Assembly: GCA_947630765.1 (NCBI GenBank)
Contig: CANRIX010000004.1
Span: 15,929-79,928, forward strand
Reading direction: 5' to 3'
Origin: an uncultured Clostridia bacterium
GTDB taxonomy: Bacteria > Bacillota > Clostridia > Oscillospirales > CAG-382
Length of the DNA: 64,000 bases
Positions 30,301 through 40,200 of this stretch are shown here, piece by piece; positions within the stretch are counted from its first letter, which is position 1, and the number at the start of each line of letters is the position of its first letter. The position numbers and the translations under genes are program-made. The notes beneath the pieces are model-generated. The model made no database searches, was not told the origin of the DNA, and worked only from the letters and a program-made list of their open reading frames with translations.

Positions 30301-32893
30301 ACTGCCGTTCTCGCCGGCGGGCATTTGTCTGTCCGAAAACGGCTGCGCCGTCTGGTCGGCGGACGGAAACCTCTTATGGATGGACGGGACGGTTTATTCG
30401 TTCTCGGAACCGATCCGAGACGTATTTTACCGCTCCGGCAGTTTGTGGTTGATTGCAGGCGGGCGGCTCTATCGGTCGGACGGTAATGTATGGGCGGATA
30501 CCGGCATCGCTGCGGAAGCGGCGGCAGGAACGGCGAATCTGCTGGTCTGGCTGTCCGACGGGGCGCTTTCCGCACAGACCGCCAGAGGGGTCCGCAGCGT
30601 ACCGTGCGACGCTTCGACGCTGTATACGGACGGCACGTACATTCTCGCGGACCGCGACGTGTACCGTGCTTCCGACCTTACGCTGCTCCGGCATTTGAGC
30701 GCGGAAGTGCTGGATCTGTCCGGCCGGACGGTCCTGCTGTCGAACGGACTGTACTCGCTTGATGACGATACGGTGGTTTTCCCGCTGGAACTCGGCGTGC
30801 TTTCGTCCTACGACGCGTGCCTCGGCGAGGCGTGCGGACTGGTGCTGCTGCATACGGGATCGCTTTCGGTTTCCGGGTATGATCACCCGATCTGGGAACT
30901 GCCGTCGATTTCCGGCGCCGACGACGGCGGGCGGTACGACGCGCAGACGGTCATTCGCTACGACCGCGGATATGGGTACCTCGACGGGCAGACCTTCCGT
31001 TCTGGAACGCAAGTCACGGAACCGGGCATGCACACGTTTTTGCTCGTGCTTCCCAGCGGGATCCAATGCGTCCGCACGTTCACGGTGGTTCCGGCGGCGG
31101 AGCGGATCGCGTTCTTCAACGACCTATACCGCTGCTCCGTCGGGGACAGCGGACAGCTTCGCGTGCGGGTCTATCCGACGAATGCGAACCCGGTTTCGGT
31201 GGTGTTTTCGTCGGACAGCGACTGTATCCGTTTGGAATCGGACGGTCGTTTCGTCGCGCAGTCGGTCGGTACGGCGACTGTGACGGCTCGTAGTGCGGAC
31301 GGGCGTTTGCGGGCGTCCTGCGTCGTCAGCGTGCAGTCGTCTCTCCTGCGCTTTGACGAAGAAAGCGGGTATCGGATCGACCGCGAAAACGGTTTCCTCT
31401 ACGGGGTACCGGCGGGGACGGAAGCGGAGGAACTGCTCTCCCACCTGCAATCGGACGGGACGCCCGAGCTTCCGTCAGGCGTCGTCGGGACCGGCGCGGT
31501 TCTGGCGCTGTTTGCGGAGGACGGGGCGGAGCTCGACCGCCTGACCGTCGTCGTGCAGGGGGACCTGGACGGCGACGGATACGTCACGTTGCTGGATCTG
31601 CGGTTGTTGGAGCAGGCGCTTTCCGGCGGAACGGAGATGGACGCCCTGTTTACCGCTTCGGCGGACATCAACGAAAGCGGGGTCGTGTCGGACAAGGACG
31701 CGAACCTGCTGGAGCGGATGCTGCTGCGCGGCGAAGGGAATGCGGGACGCGGGATCCCGCCGTCCGGCAGGACCGGGACGGTCGGAATGTTCCTCCCGTC
31801 GGTCGTGCAGACCGGCTCGACGCTGCATGTTACGCTCTACCTCAAGGACAGCACGCGCGCCTCCTGCGCGGGCTGCGAAGGGGTGAGCGGTCGGCTGGAA
31901 TACCCGTCCGCGCTGACCTACCTCGGTGCGGAGACGTATGGCTGGGAGGTCTCGCTGTACGAATCCGGCGGCGCGGTTTCTTACCTCGCCTTTGGGGAGC
32001 GCTCGGAAGGGACGATTCCGCTCGTGACGCTGCGTTTTTCCGTCGACGCGGAAGCGGCCGGCGAAGCGTTTTCGCTGCGGCTGGACGGCGGCGTGGTGCT
32101 GCAAAAGGGCAAAGCGTGCGGGATTTCCGCGGAAACGGCGGAATTTGTCCCGACGGAACGGGTCTACGGCGACGTGCAGCTGCATGTCGTCGGCATGACC
32201 GAGCCGTTTTCGCCGGAAAAAAAGACCTACGAGGTCTATCTGCCGGTCGGGACCCCGGCGCTGGATTATACGGTCGTCTATCCTGCCGGCGGGTCGGTGA
32301 CGGTTCGGAATACGGTATTCGACCGAACGAACGAGCTTGACGCCGTCTTTACCTTCCGCCTGCCCAACGGGGAAAAGCTGACCTACACCATACACGCCGT
32401 TCGGGACGGCGCACCGCCGCCCGGGTCGGATGCGCGGCTCGCTTCGCTGACGGCGGAGGGGATCGCATTCCCGTTCTCCCCGTCGGTCACGCTGTACGAA
32501 CTGACGGTGCCTTACGGGATCGAGCGGTTGGCCCTGCATTGGGAAACGATGGACGAGCAGGCGAGCGCCGTTTGCGATTCCCCGGCGCTTCTGCCCGGGA
32601 AGACGGCGAACGTGACGGTCACGGTCACGGCGGTGGACGGGACGCAGATCGTCTATACGCTGCGGGTCTACCGGCTTTTGGAGGGCGAATCGGAGATGCC
32701 GCCCGAAACGTCCGGCGCGTCCGTTTCGCCGCAGGGAGGAGCGTCCGTCTGGACGTGGGTGCTTCTCATTGCCGTCCTCGCGCCGTTGGTCGGCGGTTCG
32801 GTCGCTTTCCTGGTCCGCGCGGGGCGAAAGGAACGGAAGAAATCCGGCAAAAACGGAAAGGATGATCCAAATGGAACAGAAGGAATGGCTTGA
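27395..32893 (+). CDS. Giant multidomain S8 subtilase (propeller-like region, Big_2-like, dockerin-like, cohesin-like, cadherin-like domains, C-terminal TM)
   Basis: Triad VAVLDTG / GHGT / NGTSYS; GDLDGDGYVTLLD...ADINESGVVSDKD dockerin-like pair; DARLASL..FSP...Y cadherin-like. Confidence 0.85.
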   Translation: MKERGKTDLSGHAGAKAGVRSVLLLLVLALLLPAAYFVLPEGDLARPGAFAEEDSRRERALSAAMEQSTGEEPSRLSSSGTASPEGGEGVRCIVRFSETLSEEELSALLDGVNARPLAQSSERLFQVFLPDPDAFEAQYGDALLYLSEDRLLASSELPTDPKLAERTEYAQLNLFSAWERVTPSSDVLVAVLDTGVDRAHEELSGAQILSGYDVLQGSAGVSADRDGHGTSVIGLIAASANNGVGSAGVAYGVRILPIRIADKSKAIYSSDLISGIRFAADAGARIINLSLGGYEYSEAEYDAVRYALERGCILIAAAGNDGEKERAEDPVYPASYPGVIAVGSCGADGALSSFSQRSDTVDLLAPGENLLLLAADGEGENAYRYANGTSYSAALLSGVAALALSALDDGVRMNAEELEVLLADGRTRRVGVGYGPVDALQAVEDANLPIVTGVQDGATYTDRVTVHFNRGEAFLDGEEFFDGDMVFRSGGHTLVVDSGEFRRTVSFRILYTPASYEMNEGEHSVSFTYAGGDATLDGFPYVSGETITAPGWHLFRLTDPLGGTTEHPFYCDFRVPTVSGVTNGGVYRQPVRIRVAGSGSALLDGEELRGETVVSADGEHILTLSNAGTTRVIRFTLDTDVRRFENTVARSGVLCDAENGWYAVYSEMLIGLRVFDLETGEFLRFLDTETVRGTARIGGRLLIFGEWQLTVLDPTQMRTGGAVLASYEIRCDGFASVGGEVYCLSDGILYRVRPETGDWASPAGNFVLSPLLEANAEELYADGDTLWFYSIGENRFDRYADGEVTSFDLPFEAAGERKLFADGLLFCGGYAARTEDFMPVFTFEGNPLAVFDGLLFTTKAVYRLADGVLVGGYAGDISCVTREGEEVFVCGDAGGISRYPTENGFGFAPAGGTLLAETAESDRYTRFFTLYEQANAADSGAVGNRFGAVFSKERKLLLFRSGALEREVELPFSPAGICLSENGCAVWSADGNLLWMDGTVYSFSEPIRDVFYRSGSLWLIAGGRLYRSDGNVWADTGIAAEAAAGTANLLVWLSDGALSAQTARGVRSVPCDASTLYTDGTYILADRDVYRASDLTLLRHLSAEVLDLSGRTVLLSNGLYSLDDDTVVFPLELGVLSSYDACLGEACGLVLLHTGSLSVSGYDHPIWELPSISGADDGGRYDAQTVIRYDRGYGYLDGQTFRSGTQVTEPGMHTFLLVLPSGIQCVRTFTVVPAAERIAFFNDLYRCSVGDSGQLRVRVYPTNANPVSVVFSSDSDCIRLESDGRFVAQSVGTATVTARSADGRLRASCVVSVQSSLLRFDEESGYRIDRENGFLYGVPAGTEAEELLSHLQSDGTPELPSGVVGTGAVLALFAEDGAELDRLTVVVQGDLDGDGYVTLLDLRLLEQALSGGTEMDALFTASADINESGVVSDKDANLLERMLLRGEGNAGRGIPPSGRTGTVGMFLPSVVQTGSTLHVTLYLKDSTRASCAGCEGVSGRLEYPSALTYLGAETYGWEVSLYESGGAVSYLAFGERSEGTIPLVTLRFSVDAEAAGEAFSLRLDGGVVLQKGKACGISAETAEFVPTERVYGDVQLHVVGMTEPFSPEKKTYEVYLPVGTPALDYTVVYPAGGSVTVRNTVFDRTNELDAVFTFRLPNGEKLTYTIHAVRDGAPPPGSDARLASLTAEGIAFPFSPSVTLYELTVPYGIERLALHWETMDEQASAVCDSPALLPGKTANVTVTVTAVDGTQIVYTLRVYRLLEGESEMPPETSGASVSPQGGASVWTWVLLIAVLAPLVGGSVAFLVRAGRKERKKSGKNGKDDPNGTEGMA

Positions 32894-33476
32894 ACAGCTT
32901 GCCGGCAGTGCGCCGACGCCGGGCGGCGGCGGTGCGGCGGCGCTGGTCGGTGCAGTCGCGGCGGCGCTCGGGTCGATGGTCGCAAACCTGACGGTCGGCA
33001 AAAAGAAATATGCGCAGTACGAAGCGGACCTGCAACGGCTGCTCGCGGAAGCGGATTCCCTGCGCGAAAAGCTGTACGGGCTGATCCGCGCCGACGCGGA
33101 AGCGTTCGCGCCGCTGGCGGCCGCCTACGGGATCCCGAAGGACGACCCGTCCCGCGCCGAAACGCTCGAACAGGCGCTGCGCATCGCCGCAGAGCCGCCG
33201 ATGGAGATGCTGCGCACCCTTTCCGGCCTGCCGGTGCTGCTGGAGGAACTCTATGAGAAGGGGAGCCGGCTCGCGTTGAGCGACGTGGGCTGCGCTGCGG
33301 CGTTTGGGGCGTCGGCGCTTTCCGGGGCGCTGCTGAACCTGCTTGTCAACACCCGCCTGATGCGGGAAAGCGCGTATGCCGCCGCGCTGGAGAGCGAAGC
33401 GCTCTCGCTTGAACGGGAAAACCGGGAAAAACTGCTCGTGCTGTATGCGCGTGTGGAGGAGGGACTGCGGAGATGA
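32871..33476 (+). CDS. Formiminotetrahydrofolate cyclodeaminase / methenyl-THF cyclohydrolase family protein
   Basis: APTPGGGGAAAL, MVANLTVGKKKY, SDVG. Confidence 0.9.
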   Translation: MEQKEWLEQLAGSAPTPGGGGAAALVGAVAAALGSMVANLTVGKKKYAQYEADLQRLLAEADSLREKLYGLIRADAEAFAPLAAAYGIPKDDPSRAETLEQALRIAAEPPMEMLRTLSGLPVLLEELYEKGSRLALSDVGCAAAFGASALSGALLNLLVNTRLMRESAYAAALESEALSLERENREKLLVLYARVEEGLRR

Positions 33477-34339
33477 CGGTCGGATGGAAGGGAGCGCCGG
33501 TCGCGAAGGCGCTGACGGAGTCGCTCGTCCCCCGCGTCGAAGCGCTGAAAAAGGGCGGCGTCCTGCCGACGCTCGCGGTCGTGCGGGTCGGGGAGCGGGA
33601 GGACGACCTCTCCTACGAACGGGGGCTCTGCAAGCGGTTCGCTTCGGCTGGCGCTGCGGTCCGCGTCGTCGCTTTGCCGGACGACGCGCCGCAGGAGGAA
33701 CTGGAGAACACCGTCCGAACGCTGAACGGGGATGGCGGGGTGCATGGGATCCTGCTCTTTTCTCCGCTGCCGAAGCAATACGACGCGGAACGGGTGCGGG
33801 CGCTGCTTTCCCCCCGCAAGGACGTCGACTGCCTGACCGACGCGAACGCGTTCTGCGTCTACGCCAGTAAATGCGGGCCGGGGCTTCCCGGATTTGCGCC
33901 CTGCACGCCGCAGGCCGTCGTCGAGCTTTTGGATTTTTACGGCTACGACCTGACCGGGAAGAACGTGACGGTCGTCGGGCGGAGCGCCGTGGTCGGCAAG
34001 CCGCTCGCGATGCTGCTGCTGCAGCGGAACGCGACCGTGACCGTCTGTCACACCCGCACGCGGGAACTGCCCGCCGTCTGCCGGAAGGCGGATCTGCTGG
34101 TCGTTTGCGCTGGAAAGGCGGGACTGATCGGCGAGGACTGCCTGCGTGAAGGCATGTGCGTCGTGGACGTCGGGATCCATGTCGTCGACGGAAAGCTCTG
34201 CGGCGACGTGGACGCGGTCGGCGCGTCCCGCATCCCGCTTGGCGCCTGCACGCCGGTGCCGGGCGGCGTCGGCGCGGTCACGACGGCGGTGCTGCTCAAG
34301 CATACGGTCGAAGCGGCGGAGTGCCGCGTAGGAAAATAA
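33473..34339 (+). CDS. folD: Methylenetetrahydrofolate dehydrogenase/cyclohydrolase
   Basis: KDVDC, PCTP, GRSAVVGKP, TPVPGGVG. Confidence 0.93.
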   Translation: MTVGWKGAPVAKALTESLVPRVEALKKGGVLPTLAVVRVGEREDDLSYERGLCKRFASAGAAVRVVALPDDAPQEELENTVRTLNGDGGVHGILLFSPLPKQYDAERVRALLSPRKDVDCLTDANAFCVYASKCGPGLPGFAPCTPQAVVELLDFYGYDLTGKNVTVVGRSAVVGKPLAMLLLQRNATVTVCHTRTRELPAVCRKADLLVVCAGKAGLIGEDCLREGMCVVDVGIHVVDGKLCGDVDAVGASRIPLGACTPVPGGVGAVTTAVLLKHTVEAAECRVGK

Positions 34340-34357
34340 TGACGGAGGGACCCATTC

Positions 34358-35350
34358 ATGGAATACACGCAGCCTACTGATTTGAAGGAGTACGAAAGGA
34401 ACGTCGCCCTTGCGCAGGAGGTCGTTCGGCAGGTCAACCGTGTGATCCTCGGCAAGCCGGAGGAAGTGCGGGAGGTCATGCTGACCTTCCTTGCGGGCGG
34501 ACACGTCCTGCTCGAGGACATCCCCGGCGTCGGGAAAACAACGCTCGCGACGGCGTTCTCCAAAGCGATGCGGCTGGAATGCAGGCGTGTGCAGTTCACG
34601 CCGGACGTCATGCCGTCCGACCTGACCGGGTTTTCGGTCTACCGACGCGAGGAGGAAAAATTCGTCTACCGGCAGGGGAGCGTTTTCTGCAACCTGCTGC
34701 TGGCGGACGAGATCAACCGTGCGTCGCCAAAGACCCAATCCGCCCTGCTGGAAGTGATGGAGGAGCGGAAGGTCTCGGTCGAGGGCGTGACCCGTGAAGT
34801 GCCGGACCCGTTCCTCGTCATCGCGACGCAGAACCCGTTCGGCAGCGCCGGCACGCAGCTTTTGCCGGAATCGCAGGTGGATCGGTTCATGACGGCGCTT
34901 TCGCTCGGCTATCCGGGCGCGGACGAGGAGCTGACCATGGCGCAGACCGTCGGCGAAGGCAGCCGGACGGACGCGGTCGAGCCGGTGTTCGGCTGCGAGG
35001 AGCTTTGCTCGATGCGGAGCCAGATCCATTCGGTCTATATGAAGGAGGACGTCGCCCGGTACCTCGTCGATCTGGTGCGGGAAACGCGGAACCACCCGCA
35101 CCTCGAACGCGGCGCAAGCCCCCGCGCGACCATCGCGCTCGTGAAGATGGCGAAGAGTGCGGCGTGGTACGACGGGCGGTTCTACGTCACGCCGCGGGAC
35201 GTCGCCGGGCAGTTCGTCTACACGACCGCGCACCGCGTATCGCTGAACGAGAGCGCCCGCATGGCGAACCTCACGCCGTCGCAGGTGCTCTTCGGGATCC
35301 TCGAAAAGGTCAAGCGTCCCGCCCCGCATGACAAGACGAAAGCCCAATGA
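34358..35350 (+). CDS. MoxR family AAA+ ATPase
   Basis: DIPGVGKTT, QFTPD, DEINRASPKTQSALLE, ATQNP. Confidence 0.95.
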   Translation: MEYTQPTDLKEYERNVALAQEVVRQVNRVILGKPEEVREVMLTFLAGGHVLLEDIPGVGKTTLATAFSKAMRLECRRVQFTPDVMPSDLTGFSVYRREEEKFVYRQGSVFCNLLLADEINRASPKTQSALLEVMEERKVSVEGVTREVPDPFLVIATQNPFGSAGTQLLPESQVDRFMTALSLGYPGADEELTMAQTVGEGSRTDAVEPVFGCEELCSMRSQIHSVYMKEDVARYLVDLVRETRNHPHLERGASPRATIALVKMAKSAAWYDGRFYVTPRDVAGQFVYTTAHRVSLNESARMANLTPSQVLFGILEKVKRPAPHDKTKAQ

Positions 35351-36411
35351 AGAAGTTCCTCTTTTTCGCGTTCGCCTGCTTCACGTTCTATTGGGCGAGC
35401 CGCTACCGCTCGCTCGCGCTTCTGTTTCTCTGCCTTGCGGAATTGCTGCTCCTGGTGCTTCTGTCGGTCCTGCCGCGATTGCTGAAGCGGAGGCTGTCGG
35501 TCCGCTTTCCGGCGAAGGAGGACGTCGCCGTGGCGGGGTCGGCGAAGCCGCTTCGCGTCACGGTGCGATCCGATGGTCGTTTGCCGGTCAGCCGGGTCCG
35601 GGTGCGGCTGCGGATCTGGTACGAACGGAGCGACAAGGGGCTGGAAAGGAAGGTGTACGGCGGGGCGTCCGCCGGGGAGAACGACCTGCCGTTCGAGCTT
35701 TTGCCGCAGTACTGCGGCATGCTTTGCGTCCGCGCCGATCGGATCAGGGTGTACGACTACCTTTCGATGTTTTCCTCGTCCAAACGCGTCGACGCGGAGA
35801 TGCGTATCGCGGTTTTTCCCCGCGAGCAGGCGCTGAAGATCAACTTTTCCGGCGTCGGGCAGGAGCGCATCGGGGAGCAGGACCGTCCGACGCGTGCACC
35901 TCGCGGTGAAACGTCCTCGGAGGTTCGCCGCATCCGCGAATACGTCCCGGGCGACCGCCTGCGGCACATCCATTGGAACCAGAGCGCCAGGACCGACCGG
36001 CTGTGGGTGAAGGAATTTGCCCCGGAACCCGACCGACAGGTGGACGTGCTGCTGGACCTGCGCAGGGAGAAACAGGCCGACGCGAAGGCGTGGAGCGACT
36101 TTTACCGCCTGCTTTCCGCGTTGATAGGCGGTCTTTTGCGGGAGGAAGCGTCCGTGTCGGTGCATTGGAAACCGGAGGGCGCTTCGGTACCCCTGCAAAG
36201 GCAGGTGTCCGACCCGGGGGCGTGCCGGGAGCTTCTGCTTGCGCTCTACGGGACGGCGTTTTCGCAGGAGGAATGGTGGGACCCGTCGGACGGGACCGCC
36301 CTGCGTTTGACGGCCGAACTCGCGCTGTACGCGGGCGAACGCCTGCTTTGCGGGTTCCACGCGGACAAACTGGACCAAGAATTGCGGGAACAGACGCTTT
36401 TGCTCGCCTGA
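35347..36411 (+). CDS. DUF58 domain protein
   Basis: IREYVPGDRLRHIHW. Confidence 0.92.
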   Translation: MKKFLFFAFACFTFYWASRYRSLALLFLCLAELLLLVLLSVLPRLLKRRLSVRFPAKEDVAVAGSAKPLRVTVRSDGRLPVSRVRVRLRIWYERSDKGLERKVYGGASAGENDLPFELLPQYCGMLCVRADRIRVYDYLSMFSSSKRVDAEMRIAVFPREQALKINFSGVGQERIGEQDRPTRAPRGETSSEVRRIREYVPGDRLRHIHWNQSARTDRLWVKEFAPEPDRQVDVLLDLRREKQADAKAWSDFYRLLSALIGGLLREEASVSVHWKPEGASVPLQRQVSDPGACRELLLALYGTAFSQEEWWDPSDGTALRLTAELALYAGERLLCGFHADKLDQELREQTLLLA

Positions 36412-36427
36412 CCGCGGAGAGGAGGGA

Positions 36428-38779
36428 ATGCCGATGAGCGGATTGAAATTCAGTGCCGGGAAGAAGCGGGAAAAGGAGAGCGGCCCGCTTTCGGTCGCGG
36501 TGCTGCCGCTGCTGCTTTGCGGGATCTGCGGGATCTTCCTGTTCCTGCGCGAACTGGAGACGTTCTCCTTTTCGCTGCTTTCGGCGTTCCTGACGGCTTT
36601 CGTGACCTGCGGGGCGCTCTGGGCGGCCTTTTCCTATCGCAGGAAGCTGTTCTATCTCCTGCTCGGCTGCGTCCCGCTGCTCTGCGGGTTGCTGCTCTTC
36701 TTCGGTTGGGAGGAGGTTCTGCTGGAAGGGACGATGCTCGTTCGCGGACTGAACGGCTCGTCGCTTCGGACGGACCTTCCGCTGTTCGCGTTCCTGTTTT
36801 CGCTGCTGCTGACGGTCCTGCTGTTCCTTTTGGAGTGCTGCCTGCGCTTCCATCTCCCGGCTGTGCTGCTGACGGCGGCGCTGCTTGTCGCGTCGCCGCT
36901 GCTGGGCGTTTCCGTCGGGGTCGGAACCGTGTTTCTGCTCGCGGTGTTCCAGCTCGGCTTTTGGGCGTATGGGGCGGCGGGACGGAAGGGAAGACGCGTC
37001 CCGTCGGCGGGCCGTCTGGCGGGAAGGTGCGCACTCGCGCTCACGGCGGTGCTGCTGCTTTCTTCGCTGATCACCCTGCCGCTCGCCTACCGTTACGAGC
37101 AGCCGCTCTACGGGTCTGTCGATGTGGCGGAAGGGTTCGTGCGGGACAACCTGCGCCATCTCCTGGGACGGGAAAGCAAGCCCGTCGTCGGCGGAAAGAT
37201 CAACGGCGGCAACATTTACCACTTCGGCACCCGCCATCTCGAGCTTACGCTCGACCGCCAACCGACAAAATCCCTCTATCTGCGCGGATTCTCCGGCGGG
37301 GAATACCTCGGCGGGGACTGGGCGGAAGCGGACGACCGGCCGCTCGCGGAGGAGGTGCTGGGGTCGTACCTGCAGCTTGTGTCCGATTTTTTGGATTTGT
37401 CATATCCCTCGTCGAACCTTTCGGATGAAACGGTCAACGAAGCGCTGACGGACATCCCGAACTCCCTGTTCTATCAGATGTACGATCCGTCGCGCAAAGC
37501 GGAGTATACGCTTAACGTGACGCACAGCGGCGGGGTTTACGAAACGGAATACCGGCCCTATCTGTCCATGCAGCATTCGACGTCCCATGACGCGTTCTAT
37601 TTTTCCGTCCTTCAATTTCCGCCGGACCTTCCCGACGGACAGCCGTACCTGTTCACCTATTACGAGATCGGCGAAGATCCCATCGACTGGGAGCTTGCCG
37701 CTTTCCTGCCGAACATTGATGCGCAGACCCTCCGATTCTGCCAGCAGTGCCGCAGGGCTTACGGCGAGAAGGCCAGCGAGGTCTATACACAGGTCCCGGA
37801 AGGGACGCTGCCCCGTCTGCGCGAGCTCGTGCAGGAAATGCCTCTGACCGATCTGAACGAGATCACGACGTTTATCCTCTACACCCTCCACAGCAACACC
37901 ACCTACACCGAAAAACCGGGCGGCTTTCCCTCCCGCTCGGACATCGCCGAATCCTTCCTGTTCGACCGGCAGACCGGCTATTGCCAGCAGTATGCGCTGA
38001 CGGCGACCCTGCTGTACCGGCTTTATGGCGTACCCGCCCGGTACGCGACCGGGTACCTCGTTTCGCCCGACAGCTTCACGACCGAGGGGGACGGGACATG
38101 GCATGCGGACGTTCTGGACTATTCCGCCCACGCGTGGACGGAGATCTATCTGGAGTCCGACGGCTGGGTGCCGGTCGAGGTGACCCCGGCGAGCGACGGG
38201 ACGACGGTCGCGTCCTATCCCGGTTTCAGTCAGGAGGATTTTCAACGGATCCTGCTTTCCCACGGGTGGGATCTGTCGGTCCCGAGCCTTGCGGCGAATC
38301 GGACGGGCGGATACGCGATCGGGAGCGGGGACGGATTCCTTGCGACGATCGGGCTGGACTGGATTTTGACGAGGGACGTCTGGCTGCTGCTGGGGATCGT
38401 CGTTTGCTTCGCGGCGGTCGTCCTGCCGCTGTGGATGCTTTCCCGGCGTTCGCGCCTGCTTTCGCTTGCGGAGAAAGGCGGCTGCTGCGCCATGTACGGG
38501 CGGCTCGTGGACCTGCTGCACTTCGGCGGACGGCTGAAGGACTTCGACGGGACGGAGGACGATTTCGCCGAACGGCTCGCCGGGGCGACCTGCCTTTCGC
38601 CGGCGGAGACGGAAAAACTGCTCGACATCGTCAACCGGGCGGGCTACGGTCCGTTCCCGCCGGACGCGCAGAGCGTTTCGTTCGTCCGTTCGGCGTACCG
38701 CCGCGTCGCGGACGAGATCTATGCCTCCTTGCCGCCGCATCGAAAATTCTCCTTCCGCTGGCGCAAAGCATTCGTATAG
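36428..38779 (+). CDS. Multi-TM transglutaminase-like domain protein
   Basis: GYCQQYA, HAWTEIY, EVTP; standard MoxR-DUF58-TGase context. Confidence 0.9.
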   Translation: MPMSGLKFSAGKKREKESGPLSVAVLPLLLCGICGIFLFLRELETFSFSLLSAFLTAFVTCGALWAAFSYRRKLFYLLLGCVPLLCGLLLFFGWEEVLLEGTMLVRGLNGSSLRTDLPLFAFLFSLLLTVLLFLLECCLRFHLPAVLLTAALLVASPLLGVSVGVGTVFLLAVFQLGFWAYGAAGRKGRRVPSAGRLAGRCALALTAVLLLSSLITLPLAYRYEQPLYGSVDVAEGFVRDNLRHLLGRESKPVVGGKINGGNIYHFGTRHLELTLDRQPTKSLYLRGFSGGEYLGGDWAEADDRPLAEEVLGSYLQLVSDFLDLSYPSSNLSDETVNEALTDIPNSLFYQMYDPSRKAEYTLNVTHSGGVYETEYRPYLSMQHSTSHDAFYFSVLQFPPDLPDGQPYLFTYYEIGEDPIDWELAAFLPNIDAQTLRFCQQCRRAYGEKASEVYTQVPEGTLPRLRELVQEMPLTDLNEITTFILYTLHSNTTYTEKPGGFPSRSDIAESFLFDRQTGYCQQYALTATLLYRLYGVPARYATGYLVSPDSFTTEGDGTWHADVLDYSAHAWTEIYLESDGWVPVEVTPASDGTTVASYPGFSQEDFQRILLSHGWDLSVPSLAANRTGGYAIGSGDGFLATIGLDWILTRDVWLLLGIVVCFAAVVLPLWMLSRRSRLLSLAEKGGCCAMYGRLVDLLHFGGRLKDFDGTEDDFAERLAGATCLSPAETEKLLDIVNRAGYGPFPPDAQSVSFVRSAYRRVADEIYASLPPHRKFSFRWRKAFV

Positions 38780-38956
38780 AGCGCAAAACCGACAAAAATG
38801 TTCCCGCCGAGATTGGTTCGGCGGGAACGCTTTTCTATTGTGGTAAAATCAGCGTCGTCAGGGCTTTTCTTTTTTACAAAATCCCCCCGGATTCCGCCGG
38901 GGGGGTGAAATTTTTGACGGCAAGACTGCATTCTCGCCGGTTTATATGGTATTCCG

Positions 38957-40066
38957 CTACGGAAGCGCGTGCTTCTTGCGGAGCAGGGACGCGAAGGTCT
39001 CGGCGAACAGGCGTCCCGCCTCTTTTGCCTCCTCGACGGTGTTTCCGCAGGAGCCGACCTCGACCAGAAGCGCCCCCGGCAGGAGCGCCTGGTTGAAGGC
39101 GGACGAACGCAGGTTGACCGGGCGAGCGAGGGTCGGATAGGTTTCGTTAAGCAGCTGCTGCAAATGGGTCGCGACGGTCAGGTTTTGCCGCCAGTTCGGG
39201 TGGACGGCGCCGTCCTGGTCGGTCCCGACGACCAGCATGAGCTGTGCGGTCTGCTTTCCGCCGATGGTCGTCAGGGTCTTTTCGCATCGGTCGTCCTGCG
39301 TGAAGATGGAGTCGCGGTGGATATCCAAAATGTAGCGAATGCTTGGGTGGGCGGCGAGCGCCTTGCGGGCGGCAGCGCGGGAATCCGCGTAGGCGTTGTT
39401 GAAATCCGGCAGATCGTGCATGACGCGGTCGTGCAGCACCGGGATGCCGAGCGATTCGAGCGTTTCCGCGATGACGTCCCCGACCGCGACGACCGTTTCC
39501 GATGCGTCCTCCGAGCGGAAATCCTCCTCCGGCAGGTAGTAATCCACCCCGGCAGGCAGGTAGCTTTCGCTCCCGTGGGTGTGGTAGATCAGCACGAGCG
39601 GCTCGTCCGCCTGTGCGCCGGACAGGGACACCGGGTAGCTCCGGCGCAGGTAGTCGGCGAGATCGACGGCGTAGTCGGTGCGGTTGATGACGTTCAGCGC
39701 GGCGTCCGCCGGGTCGGTGTACCAGCAGAAGTTTTCGGCGAGGACGGTCAGCGCTCCCGCGGGCGGGGGAAGCGTCGGCGCGGACGACGATTCGTCCGGC
39801 CCCGACGGCTCGGCGACGTCGCCGCTCGTGTCGGACGTGTCGACGCTCGATTCGTCCGGGTCTGCGGTCTGCGGTCTGCGGTTCTCCGTATGTAACGCGG
39901 CGAGCGGTGGGTTTCGCGGGGTTTCCGCGAGCCGGTCGGCGAGATCCGACGGAATGGCGGAAGCGATGTACGGAACGGCGAAAAAGCTGCCGCACAGCAT
40001 CGCCGTGCCGAGCAGCACCGCGCCTGCCTTATACAGCGCACGCCGCCTTTGCAGGGTCCATTGCAT
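38957..40066 (-). CDS. spoIIP: Stage II sporulation protein P
   Basis: VLIYHTHGSESY, LDIHRDS, FNQ, LLVEVG...NT. Confidence 0.92.
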   Translation of the reverse strand: MQWTLQRRRALYKAGAVLLGTAMLCGSFFAVPYIASAIPSDLADRLAETPRNPPLAALHTENRRPQTADPDESSVDTSDTSGDVAEPSGPDESSSAPTLPPPAGALTVLAENFCWYTDPADAALNVINRTDYAVDLADYLRRSYPVSLSGAQADEPLVLIYHTHGSESYLPAGVDYYLPEEDFRSEDASETVVAVGDVIAETLESLGIPVLHDRVMHDLPDFNNAYADSRAAARKALAAHPSIRYILDIHRDSIFTQDDRCEKTLTTIGGKQTAQLMLVVGTDQDGAVHPNWRQNLTVATHLQQLLNETYPTLARPVNLRSSAFNQALLPGALLVEVGSCGNTVEEAKEAGRLFAETFASLLRKKHALP

Positions 40067-40106
40067 GGGAAGACTTCCTTTCGTTTCGTTTTCCTATTTT
40101 AGTATC

Positions 40107-40137
40107 ATGTATATGCGTGTGCGGACGGAAATATACC
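40107..40137 (-). promoter_or_regulatory. Putative sigma-E promoter of spoIIP
   Basis: Reverse complement GGTATATT-14-CATATACAT resembles the sigE consensus. Confidence 0.5.
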
Positions 40138-40200
40138 GCTTTTTCACGGTTTTCCCGCAAAACGCGTATGCTGAAAGAAAAAACGAAAGGAAGACCCTTG

